From Octopus sinensis (taxonomy: Eukaryota), in NCBI RefSeq assembly GCF_006345805.1, contig NC_043004.1:21390001-21454000 (forward strand): a stretch of 64,000 bases of DNA, given 5' to 3'. This document shows positions 53,094-64,000 of the stretch, piece by piece; the first letter of the stretch is position 1; every line of letters begins with the position of its first letter. Below the pieces are notes generated by a model. It searched no databases and was not told the DNA's origin. It saw only the letters and a program-made list of their open reading frames with translations. Position numbers and translations under genes: made by a program.

Positions 53094-54124
53094 ATATATA
53101 TATATATATATATCATCATCATCATCATCATCATCTAACATCTGTTTTCCATGCTGACAAGGGTTAGACACTGCACTAGGCTCAAGTATGTTTTGGTTTG
53201 GTTTCTATGGCCTGATGCCATTCCTAATGCCAACCACTCCGCAGAGTGTACTAGGTTCCTTTAACAAGTCACTGGCATGGGTACTTTTAATATGTCACCA
53301 ATATGTGTGCTTTTTATGTGTCACTGGCTCAGGTGCCTTTTACGTGTCACCAGCCTTTTATGTGTCCCCCAGCAAATTGCCAACAGTCTCAGTCATTTGT
53401 CATAGCCTCACATCTCCAGTGCTTGGTGGTACCATGATAAAAATGTGCTCAGTAATCACAGTACTGTGATTCCAGCTGAATAGTACAAAACAAAATTGAA
53501 ACATTTCAGCCAGCCATTGTCCTTAAACTTCTTTAGGTGGAGTGCACTAATTCTGAAAAAGAACAGACTCAGACCATTGTGACCGTCTGACATTGTATAG
53601 AAAGTAGATGTAAAATAATGATAACAATGATGATGATGATAACGAGGATGACACTTCAGTGTCATCAAAATATGAAAAGCAACACAAAGAGACTAACACT
53701 AGATAATTATGTCCTGTTGAAATAAATACACATCATCATCATCATCATCATCATTTCACGTCTATTCTCCATGCTAGCATGGGTTGGACTGTTCGACCGG
53801 GGATCTGGGAAGCCAGAAGGCTGCACCAGGCTCCAGTTCTGATCTGGCAGTGTTTCTACAGCTGGATGCCCTTCCTAACACCAACCACTCTGAGAGTGTA
53901 GTGGGTGCTTTTTACGTGCCAGGGGCCATTGTACCCACATAAGGATGCACCTAACACTCACTAACCCACACTTTAACGCAAAGTCAAATATATATATTTG
54001 TGTGTGTGTATGAGAGAGAGAGAGAATTATCATCCATTACTTTGAAAAACAATAAGGAAATTCCTATTCTGCCATAAATTGTCATTGAATAATTTTCTGT
54101 TTAGTTATCGTTCTTGTAACTGTT

Positions 54125-54380
54125 TTTAGTGTTGTTGTTGTTGTTGTTGTTGTTGTTGATGTAGTAGCTGTCTGTTGTGTTGGCTATTAAATATGTTGTT
54201 GTCACTGATGTTGTTACATTGTTATTATTTTCATTGTGACAATATGGTGTGCTGTTGTGGTTGATGTATTGCTGTGGGTGTTTATTGTGTTGTTATTGCT
54301 TTTGTAGTTGTGTTGTGGTTGTTTGTTGTGTTGTTGATGTTGTTTTCAATGTTTACTGTATTGTTTGTTGTGGCTGTTGG
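54125..54380. repeat. (GTT)n and cryptic GTT-rich simple repeat
   Basis: Read directly. Confidence 0.85.
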
Positions 54381-56058
54381 CTCTGTTTATATCATAGATG
54401 ATATTCCTTACAAGATCATGTTTTACTTCAGTTCTTCATGAATATTAATAGTATTTGATAAATTGCCATAATGTAAGTGTTTATTGTCTATTAATGAAAG
54501 AAAAAAAAGAAAAACTTTGGAAAAGAATTAATTTCCATTTTTCTATTAATTACTTCTGTAAATTAACTACTGTTTCTAATGTCTCATTTTAAATTTATCT
54601 CTGTGGTTTCTTTCTTTTGTATTTTTCTATTTTGCTAAACATCTTAATAACGAATATATTTAAAAATACTATAAATAATGTATGTATTTTATGTATATTA
54701 TGTATGTGTGGTGCAGTAACTTTTAATTTCAACTATGTACCTATTAATTAATAATTAATATTTCTTGAATAAATGAGTATTACCATAATTAGTAATTAAT
54801 ATTGTAGAAATTCTCTTTTATTCATATGGTCTAAATTAGTTGCAAAATTGTACATAAAACATTATTACATCATTTTATGTGAGATGTAGGGAAATTATTC
54901 AAAGCCTTTTGTTATGGTCAACATAAAAATAAATGCTTTTTACATATCTAACACAAAACACAGATAAAATTATGTTTCATACAAACAATTATAATTATAT
55001 TGCATGCAAATGTATTTCTGATGTAAATTAAGGCTTTTTACATCCATTGTTTAGCACACAGAGGCATTGAAGCAAATATTTGTCATAGTTCAAAGATATA
55101 TCATTGCATATCTTTTTTCTCTTTTGCTTATTGTCTAGACTCTGATAAGAAAGAATGCAAAACGTTGTAGGAATGGTCCTAAAAGTATCAATAATAATTT
55201 TGCAACATAGTAGAACCATTTTGCAGTGAAGTAAAATATCAGAAGTTAATCTATAGAATTATAATAATATTATTTTGTAACTGCTGCTGATAATAATACA
55301 TATGTATGCATGCATCTTTATATATGTATGAGTGCATGTATACATGCACACACACACACACATGCACATGCACGTACACACAGATTAATATATAGCTTTA
55401 TCAGCTTCAAATTTCCAAAAAGAATTATTTCACATAATCTTTAAAAGGATGTAAAGGCAGCTCTCACAGAGAAGATAACAGGGGTCTGAGATTCCTTGCG
55501 GTTGGCTGTGCTTGAAAAGACATGCCAAGCTAAGTAAAAACATGGTTACCCTTGTACACAGGCTTGTCTCCTGCAACCCTCCCCAGCTGAGCATCCCTAA
55601 TCTTGTGATCATGAAGGTGCTGTGCCATATAAAAAGTGCCCTTACCGGTGCTGCATAAAAGCATCCAGTACTCTCTGTAAAGTGGTTGACATTAGGCAGG
55701 GCATCAAGCCATAGAGACCATGCCAAAACAGATATGGAATCTGAACAGCCCTTCAGTTGGTCAGCTCCCCTCAAACTGTCCAACCCATACCAGCATGAAA
55801 AACAGATGTTGAATGATGATGATGAATTTTGAAGCTTATAAAGTTATATAACATCAACACAGTTCTCATTGCTAAGAATAAAGTTATAAAAATAGAGAAA
55901 TTCAAAGAATGGTAGAACATGTCTCATGTTCCTAGGAGATGTGAGTTTGAGTCTGACAGATAGCCTTTAACGTCTTCTATACAAATATTTATATGCAACT
56001 GTTTATAGTATCATCTCTTTTGAGTTTCACTGAGCCAATAGATAAATAAATATATGTA

Positions 56059-56457
56059 AGAGTGGCTGTGTGGTAAGTAGCTCGTTACCAACCACATGGT
56101 TCCGGGTTCAGTCCCACTGCGTGGCACCTGGGCAAGTGTCTTCCACTATAGCCTCGGGCCGACCAAGCCTTGTGAGTGGATTTGGTAGACGGAAACTGAA
56201 AGAAGCCCGTCGTATATATGTATATATATATGTGTATGTATATGTTTGTGTGTCTGTTTGTCCCCCCAACATCGCTTGACACCGATGCTGGTGTGTTTAC
56301 GTCCCCGTCACTTAGCGGTTCGGCAAAAGAGACCGATAGAATAAGTACTAGGCTTACAAAGAATAAGTCCTGGGGTCGATTTGCTCGACTAAAGGCGGTG
56401 CTCCAGCATGGCCACAGTCAAATGACTGAAACAAGTAAAAGAGTAAAAGAGTAAAGA

Positions 56458-56460
<3 letters not shown>
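56059..56460 (+). mobile_element. Full-length young tRNA-derived SINE (dominant family) with (GAGTAAAA)-like tail
   Basis: Head, internal TA/TG microsatellite, 3' body and tail are all present; CpG-rich. Confidence 0.9.
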
Positions 56461-56526
<66 letters not shown>

Positions 56527-56629
56527 TATATATATATATATATATAAAATTAATTAAGGGTAGAAATTGATATTTATCAATTAAGACCAGTGGTCTAGCA
56601 TATTAAAAAAATCCGAAGATTAAAATGTT

Positions 56630-57062
56630 TATATATACCAATTAAGGACTGAACACGAAAAGTGGACAGTCAACATGCTAGATATAGACGTCAAATCGCC
56701 ATTCTCCACAAAAGATTATGTTCTCAGATCAAACTCAGCACAAAACCATAGCAATAAACAAGTGAAAATATACGAAATAAATAATTACCCATGTACTAAT
56801 TAGTTTCGGCTGTTATTTTCCGCAAAGAAAACTGCAGCCATCATCAGTTTGGCTACAGTTTGGCTGCAGTTTTCCTTGCGGAAAATAACAGCCAAAACTA
56901 ATTAGTACATGGGTAATTATTTATTTCGTATATTTTCACTTGTTTATTGCTATGGTTTTGTGCTGAGTTTGATCTGAGAACATAATCTTTTGTGGAGAAT
57001 GGCGATTTGACGTCTATATCTAGCATGTTGACTGTCCACTTTTCGTGTTCAGTCCTTAATTG

Positions 57063-57071
<9 letters not shown>
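56630..57071. repeat. Palindrome with 211-bp arms and a 20-nt loop
   Basis: 56630-56840 pairs with 56861-57071 with two mismatches seen by eye. Confidence 0.95.
56794..56847 (-). ncRNA. Hammerhead core at the palindrome apex (helix I 5' strand missing)
   Basis: CTGATGA T GGCTG..CAGCC GAAAC TAATTA GTA; palindromic ACTAATTAGT. Confidence 0.7.
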
Positions 57072-57094
<23 letters not shown>

Positions 57095-57190
57095 TAATCA
57101 ATATAAGGGTAGCAAAAAATTCAATAGAAATTTTTTTCACCACCAGTGGTCTAGTGAGAAAGAGAAAATAGTCACAGACTATATACATAC

Positions 57191-57365
57191 AATTTCAACA
57201 ATATTAAGGAATGGCCCTGATAGGCCATTCGACTCACCAGAATGAGCAGTCAAACTCAAACCGCTAAATAGTAGTAATTCAGAAATCCTTTGATTTCTGA
57301 ATTACTACTATTTAGCGGTTGAGTCGAATGGCCTATCAGGGCCATTCCTTAATATTGTTGAAATT
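57191..57365. repeat. Hairpin with a 23-nt asymmetric insertion and a nested mini-hairpin
   Basis: ~74-bp stem, 4-nt loop at 57288-57291; gaatggcc/ggccattc inside each arm. Confidence 0.9.
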
Positions 57366-57368
57366 ATA

Positions 57369-57402
<34 letters not shown>

Positions 57403-57416
57403 CATATATATACATA

Positions 57417-57597
57417 CATGACGGGGTGCTGAAAAGTTACTCCAACTTTCCAAGTTCTTTTACAGGACTTAGGAAAACTAAAGAATTATTGCAATAATTG
57501 TGTGAAGGTGAGAGGGAATATATTGTATAAAATCATACTTAACTGATACCCTTGTATTTTCTTTACCTAAAACCAGGAACTTTTCAGCACTCCCTTG
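57417..57597 (+). mobile_element. mariner-derived MITE (~180 bp)
   Basis: TA-flanked TIRs ggggtgctgaaaagtt / aacttttcagcactccc; internal relic of a mariner 3' end. Confidence 0.8.
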
Positions 57598-57631
57598 TAT
57601 ACATACATACACACACACACACATATATATA

Positions 57632-57679
<48 letters not shown>

Positions 57680-57873
57680 CATTATCAATAATAACAAAGG
57701 GTGAAATTAATTAATTAAGAAGTAATCAGTAATTTCACCAAGTAGGATTCGACATGAATAAACTCCCTTTAAAATAGAAGGAATAGTTAAGATATTTTGA
57801 CTCCTATTTCTAAACTTCGGTATGTGGTGAAGCAAATCGTAGCTGAACCCTAATTAAATAGTATATATATATG

Positions 57874-58328
57874 AATATTATTATGTTTAAATCCCTCTAA
57901 ACGAGACTATGGGGTATTTATAGTCATCACCAACCTAACATGGCAGTCCAGAACAATAGGATGAATGCTGCCATTGATTAGCTCCAAGAGGCCATTGCCA
58001 CTAGCGAGCTATGTGACACACAAACCTGTGTCCATTACAATCTTTGAACAGGGGAGGTCATCACCTTCCCCTTGCTGGTTCAGACATCCACAGACTAGTT
58101 TCAGGGTATTTGCCCTTTATCAATGTGGAGCAGTCAAACCCAGCAGCTGTCACTTGCTGTTGACTGTCTGTTCGAAGGTTTATATATATTCAGTGGAACA
58201 CATCCACTGGTTTTCAAAAGTAGAAATATTATTATTTCTAAATCTCTCTAAAGGAGACTACGGCAGCAGTACTGGGTATTATTAGTTATCACCAAGCTAA
58301 CATGGCAGTCCAGAAAAATAGGATGGAT
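57874..58328 (-). mobile_element. Retrozyme-like ~351-bp unit with terminal partial duplication and an internal hammerhead relic
   Basis: Direct repeats 57874-57966 and 58225-58328; HHR relic at 58088-58128(-). Confidence 0.6.
58088..58128 (-). ncRNA. Hammerhead relic with perfect helices and mutated core
   Basis: CCACA TTGATAA AGGG caaata CCCT GAAAC TA GTC^TGTGG; two transitions away from CUGAUGA. Confidence 0.7.
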
Positions 58329-58331
58329 ATT

Positions 58332-58362
<31 letters not shown>

Positions 58363-58390
58363 TAATAATAATAATAAAAATATTAATTAG

Positions 58391-58606
58391 AAGAAGAAAA
58401 AGAAAAGAAGAAGGAGAAAAATGAGGAGGAGGAGGAGGAGGAGGAGGAGGAAGAAGAAGGAGAGGAAAAAGGAGGAAGAAGAAGAAGGAGAAGAAGAAAA
58501 GGAGGAGGAGGAGGAGGAGGAAGAAGAAGGAGAGGAAAAAGGAGGAAGAAGAAGAAGGAGAAGAAGAAAAGGAGGAGGAGGAGGAGGAAGAAGGGGAAGA
58601 GAAAAG
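58391..58606. repeat. Nearly pure homopurine (GAA/GAG) tract with an internal 70-bp duplication, preceded by (AAT)n
   Basis: 58451-58520 is repeated at 58521-58590. Confidence 0.9.
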
Positions 58607-58960
58607 GATTTAAAAAATTCAGGCAGATATCAATAAAGCACTCAGTTTTAAACGAATTTGGTTAACTATATCCTATAAATACAAGTAGAATATAGCTCCA
58701 AGGTTATTCCTCATGTATGACAACCAGATCCAAATATTATTTAGAAGAAATTCAAGAAATTCAGAGTATTAGACAGCAAAAATATGAATAGAGAAAATCA
58801 CATCTTTTATTGTAGAAATCATCTTATAAAGCCAACAACTGTTTCTGTTTTATCAGCATATTTCATATAGAAAATGTCATAGAAATAAATATTTCTGAAA
58901 ATACATGATAGCACGATGTTTTAAGGTGATCCAAAATTAGTCAAATTTAGAATGAAAAAG

Positions 58961-59324
58961 TCCATCCCTTCCTCACCGTGGTGGGGACGCTGGCAACAAG
59001 TAGTGTCAGAGCTATGCCGTCGGGAACTTTGGTTCCTGGTAGGGCCACCCAAGGCAGATTGGTTTGACACCGAGTGGTATTAGGGCCACAACCTGGCAGA
59101 TGGGGAGCTGGTGAAAATCCTTGGAGTGTCTGTTTCGGCAACTGGCGGCTCCTCGGTCGTTCTGTCCCTGCATCTGTGGACAATCTGCGGCAAACAGGAT
59201 GTCTCTATATGCGGGATTGTTGGGGACCGCTTGTGAAATCCACATATTCCCACGAAACCTCTTCCAATGAAGAAGCCAACTCAACCCGCCCAGGGTGAAT
59301 GTTGCTACAAGTAAGTAAGTAAGT
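58961..59324 (+). mobile_element. Short bipartite RTE-derived non-autonomous element with (AAGT)n tail
   Basis: RTE-like 5' UTR (gagctatgccgtcgg...ggtagggccacccaaggcag) joined to a LINE 3'-end-like segment; GC/CpG-rich. Confidence 0.6.
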
Positions 59325-59333
59325 ATATGTGTG

Positions 59334-59442
59334 TGTGTATAAAATTAATATAGACAGCCATGTGCAATGTGTTACCAAAAGGAAAATTCCTTTTTGGTAA
59401 ATCATTGCACACGGCTGTCTATATTAATTGTTTGTATACACA
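59334..59442. repeat. Hairpin (~50-bp imperfect stem)
   Basis: ttaatatagacagcc/ggctgtctatattaa, gtgcaatg/cattgcac, ttaccaaaaggaa/ttcctttttggtaa. Confidence 0.9.
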
Positions 59443-59532
59443 TTAGTGAGTTGCTAAATCATCCATTGATTTTTATGGTGAATACATATGTACTGACAAA
59501 GAATTAAGTCTGGAATCAGCCAAATCAAGCAG

Positions 59533-59585
59533 TTCCTACTGATGAGGCTATGGAATTAGTTGAAACTGACCAATCAGTATAGGAA
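59533..59585 (+). ncRNA. Complete type I hammerhead ribozyme with a stable stem III
   Basis: TTCCTA CTGATGA GGCTA TGGAAT TAGTT GAA ACTGA CCAA TCAGT A^TAGGAA: helix I 6 bp, helix II 5 bp (two G-U), helix III 5 bp, GUA site at 59579. Confidence 0.9.
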
Positions 59586-59679
59586 ATTCTCGACCAGCAT
59601 TTTCGAGTGATTTCAGTCCCTGGCAGTACATTTGTATACATGTATGCAATTCTGTGCTTTCACTACATGCAAAGCAGTT

Positions 59680-60448
59680 TCTTGGAAGTTATGAGTTTCT
59701 GGGTTGCTTGCTCGGACACAGGTAAAGAAACCTCTGATCTCCAAGATGAATCAAAGAGCCTGTCTTGGTTTTGCTAATGAACATGTCTTTTGGACAGAAC
59801 AGTGATTACAGGTTCATTTTAGTGATGAATCGAAGTTTAATGTGATTGATTCTGATGTACGTCTGACGAAGAAGTGGTGAAAGGTTATTTTGTGTATGTG
59901 TGAAGAAGGCATTGAAATATGGAGGAGGCAATGTAATAGTATGGGGAGTGATCTCTGTTGCTGCTTCTTGGGACTGTCAATGCTGAAATCTACAAGCAGA
60001 TTCTTAGACAGCATGCCCTGCCCTTCCATATCTCTGAACCTCCTCAGTTCAACCTCCTATTACCACTATCATCATGCAGGACAACACTCCCTGGCACACT
60101 GCGAAGAGAGTCTAAGAGTTTTTGTGCAATGAAGGGGATGACCTCATGGACTGGCTGCTTCAACATCCTGGTCTCAACTCTATAGAAAACGTTTAGAAGA
60201 TTAGTGGAGATGGGGCACGAGGGAGAAATCCAAAGAACCATGATGAACTCTGGGAGTTATTGAAAAACGAATGGAACAATAATACTCCATCACTTTGCAT
60301 GAAATTAATTCAGTCCTGTGGTAACAGATGTCAGGTGGTCATTGATAGTAAAGGGATGTTCACAAGATATTAATAGTAAGGTTTTCTTTTTGGATGTTGT
60401 TCCATTTAAAATTTTTTTTAAAGTGATCTTTAACTTTTGGTCGTTGCA
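59680..60448 (+). mobile_element. Tc1 (DD34E) transposon relic, 5'-truncated
   Basis: KKPLISK...HFSDESKFN...KYGGGNVIVWG...MQDN[34 aa]IEN...VIDSKGMFTRY*; stops and frameshifts. Confidence 0.9.
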
Positions 60449-60769
60449 GTTTGGAAGATAATTTGTTTACTTCTGCATAACTTACAAAATATTTATTCCA
60501 TTCCATTTGAAATATTCATGAAAGATCGATATTAGATATATCTATCTATGGGTAAAATAACTAGTCTCAACGTTTTGTTTATGTGTAAAATATCTAGTCC
60601 TAACATTTTGTTAATCTTCTATAATAAATATTTCAATACACTTGTTCTTACTGACCCTATATTAAGGCCACTACTATATATATATATATATATATACACA
60701 CACAGAGAGACACACACATATAAATATATAGATAGATATATTCAGTTGATAAGGCAGTCAAGAAAAGTG

Positions 60770-62225
60770 TGTTTGCATGGATGATGGTTCACCTGCTGTT
60801 AGTGATACTCTGAAGAAAAATGCTCAGCAATTCCATTGTGAAATACCGCTAAATATAGAGAATGCATGTATGAAGGAGAGTCTACCTAATGTGGACTCTA
60901 CAGAGGTACCAACTATGTGAATCAAGTGTGGCTTAGTAGATAAGGCAATTAAGGATATGAAGACAAGGAAAGTCTCTGGCCCATCAGGAATCAATACTGA
61001 GATACTTAAAATAACCACTTGAGTGGGATATGTCCTAAGCGCCTGTATAGTCATTCAGGTTGTCCACTAGGGAGTCATACCCAACGACTGGCATAGTAGT
61101 ACCATAGTCAACTGCTACAAAGGTAAAGGTGACAGCTTAGACAGAAATAATTACAGAAATATTAAATTGCTGGACCAAGTGATGAAAGTTAGAGAAGGGG
61201 TCATAGCTTAACTAATTAGGAAGAAGTTAACCTATGAGATGCAGTTTATTTGTGTGCCAGTGGAAAACACAAGTGATGCTATTTTCCTCATAAGGCAACT
61301 TCAGGAGAAGCATTTAACCAAGAATAAACCTCTGTATTTCGCTTTTGTTGACATGTAGAAAGCCTTTGACAGATTCCTCAACTCCATCACCTGGTAGTTA
61401 ATGCAGAAGCTAGAGATAGATAAGTGGTTGGTAAGAGTTGTACAAGCCATATACAAAGATGTTTCCAGTAAGGTAAAGATCAGTTATGTGTAAAGCAATG
61501 AATTTAGCTTATGAGTAGAAGTTTACCAAGGATCAGTTATCAGCACCCTCTTGTTTATCTCAGTTCTCTAGGCCATAACAGATGAATTTAAGACTGGATG
61601 CCCTTGGAGCTCCTCTACACTGATGAGCTTGTTCTTATTGCTGAATCACTACTTGAACTAGAGAGGAAATTTCAGATGTGGAAGGAAGGTCTGGAATCTA
61701 AGGGCCTTAGAGATAATTTAGCTTAGATCAAAGTTCTTGTATGTAGTAAAAGAGACAAATCACAAAAGCCTTTGTGAGATAGCCCTGCACATATGTAGGA
61801 AAGGTGCTGATAGAAACTCAGTGCAAGCTATGGACACATAAGAGGTCCAGCATAATCAGAAGTTTAAGACAGAAAATAGTCTTTGTGTGGCAGATATGTA
61901 TGTACAATAAACACTAAGAATGTACACAGGATAGACTTTCTCAAATGTCCTGGGGAAATCCTTAGAAGTAGTAGATAGCTTTTATTACCCAGACGACCAT
62001 GTTAGCAGTGGAAGAGGAAATTCTAAAAGCATAGTTGCTAAAATAAGAATAGGCTGGGAAAAGTTCAGAGAATTACTACCTTTAGGGCTCTCTCCTTCAG
62101 AGTAAAGGGCAGATTGTATGATACCTGTGTACTAACAGCTGTGCTACATGGCAGTGAAACATGGGCTACAACTACAGAGGACATGTAGAAATGAATCTGG
62201 TATGTTCTGTTGGATGGGTAATGTC
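60770..62225 (+). mobile_element. RTE LINE reverse transcriptase fragment, defective
   Basis: GPSGINTE, NCYKGKGD.LDRNNYR.IKLLDQVMKV, FAFVD.*KAFDR, QGSV.S.LLF, ELLY(A)D(D)LVLIAES. Confidence 0.9.
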
Positions 62226-63689
62226 AGTGGGTTCTAATCTCTTTGGCTTCGGTACTATCATTCCAACAAATCACATTATACAGTGTCTTCGCTACAACAC
62301 CATGTCTCATCGTTAGATAATACTATGATGTCAGTTTTGGACAACTGCTTATGATGTGGGTGACATCGTTGGTGTTAAGTCCACAAAGCCTTTTCCTGTG
62401 TCTCTGACCCTATATATGTATGTATGTAGTCATGCATATATGCATACAGTATTTAAATGGGTAGATAGATTATTAAACAATTATATATATGTTTATTTTT
62501 AATAATTTTATTGAGAATGACTTGGGAGATTCACCAGTGAGAGACCTTGTTTGGATTCTTACAAAGTCAACCAGTGGCAAGACTGTTAATGATTTCATGA
62601 AATATATATATATAACATATAGTTTTTAATATGTACATGTGAATTGTGTGTGTGTGTGTGTGTATATTTTTCATGTGTTGATGAAAGATGTCAGTATCCT
62701 TTAAAAAATGCCATGAAACTAATGCTCACAAATAAATGTGCCTCTTCATTTGTCCCTTACACATCTTACAGAGACATCATTGTTACACTGGCTAGGAATA
62801 ATACACTAAAATAAGATTTGCTCTTGTGATGTTTGTATGCAGCCATATTCCTGTTAAACTAAAGTGATATGAAATAAAGGTAATGACTATAACGCTGGCC
62901 ACACCTCATCATTACGAAATTTTCTGGTTTTTATCTGCCTCCAAGAAATTTTTTACAAAATAATTTTCTAAATAAAATCAAAAATAATATTCTTCACATT
63001 AATTTTTCTGACAAAAAACTATTTTCAATAAAATAGAATTTTTATAACAATAAAAATAATTACATAAAAGAAAAATATTTTAATGTTAGAAAAAACATTT
63101 TTATAACAAATTACTTTTACTATCATTAAAATGATGTTTTATACAATTTATTACTATTTTTATCACATTAAACTGGTATTTTAAAACTAGACATAATTTT
63201 CAAAGACTATAATAATTTTTCTTTGGAAAAATATTCATTATATTGTTAAAATAATTATTTTAATCAAATGTAATACAATTTTCATTACAGTAAATAATTT
63301 TTTTAACATCAAAACTTACTTCTATTAAGCTAACATTGTTTCTAACATTAAAATCAATTTTCATAAGGAAATATATTTTCTAAACTGAAAATAGTTTTTC
63401 TACTTTAAGAATACATTTTTGCATTGTATCTTTAACTTGTTTCGGTCATTAGACTGTAGCAATGCTGAGGTACCAATTTGAAGGGTTTCTGGTTGAACAA
63501 ATCAATGCCAGGACTTTACTTTTTAAGCCTAGTACTTCTTCTATCACACTGTTTTGCAGAACTACTAAGTGATAGAGACGTAAACATACCAACACTAGCA
63601 GTAAGCAGTAATAAGGGGACAAACACAGATACAAACACAAGCACACACACACACACTGATATATAAATCTTCTGTCTTTATCTTTGTCT

Positions 63690-63770
63690 GTCTGTTACCA
63701 TGTTGCTGCCTACACCAGTGAACCAATCTTGACAAAACTTTGCATATACGTTAAACTAACATCCATTTGA
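63690..63770. mobile_element. Possible Helitron/Helentron-type non-autonomous end relic
   Basis: tgtctgtctg...gaaccaatcttgacaaaactttgca motif; a similar-looking end occurs at ~23860-23920. Weak. Confidence 0.3.
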
Positions 63771-64000
63771 ATTATAGGCTTATTGGTGGAGTTGGGCTAT
63801 TATTTGGTAAAATGAGAATGGTGCAAGAGTGTTAGTGTGAGGAAAATGTGGTGGCATAGTGAGTGTAGATGATATCAGGGAAGGGGAGAACAAAGTTGTG
63901 TGACAAATAGGAAGTGGCAGTGGGATGCTAACATTAATATAGCTGTCATTCAGGGATGTACATGCGACACTGCATACATGCTTTCATAAATACATAGATC

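Noticed and set aside
58961-59060. Possible HDV-like ribozyme in the RTE-like 5' end (also near 51850-51957)
   Set aside because: I could not build P1/P2/P3/P1.1 pairings by eye; an RNAMotif/Infernal HDV search would settle it.
59863-59885. CTGACGA...GAAA
   Set aside because: Lies in Tc1 coding sequence with no helices.
61620-61626. CTGATGA motif
   Set aside because: It is the decayed YADD codon region of the RTE reverse transcriptase.

Overview
AT-rich, microsatellite-dense animal genomic DNA with no long intact ORF. The SINE/LINE content (tRNA-headed SINEs and RTE-tailed elements ending in (GAT)n) suggests an octopus or other coleoid genome; this is inference, not a database match. Most of the window is intronic or intergenic and built from decayed mobile elements: RTE and R4/Dong-type LINEs, Penelope-like elements (PLEs), maT (DD37D), Tc1 (DD34E), mariner, piggyBac-type MITEs, a Helitron relic and many SINEs. 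A few weak host-exon candidates exist: a terminal exon at 113-144, a possible start exon at 11529-11594 and several microexons. The main signal is a dense population of about 13 hammerhead ribozyme (HHR) motifs of several unrelated sequence types. These include one complete type I HHR with a 5-bp stem III (59533-59585), several minimal PLE-type HHRs with palindromic stem III, HHRs inside long fold-back palindromes whose arm order implies a circular or tandem template (52159-53093, 56630-57071), and a retrozyme-like ~351-bp unit (57874-58328). All structures were paired by eye; none was computed.
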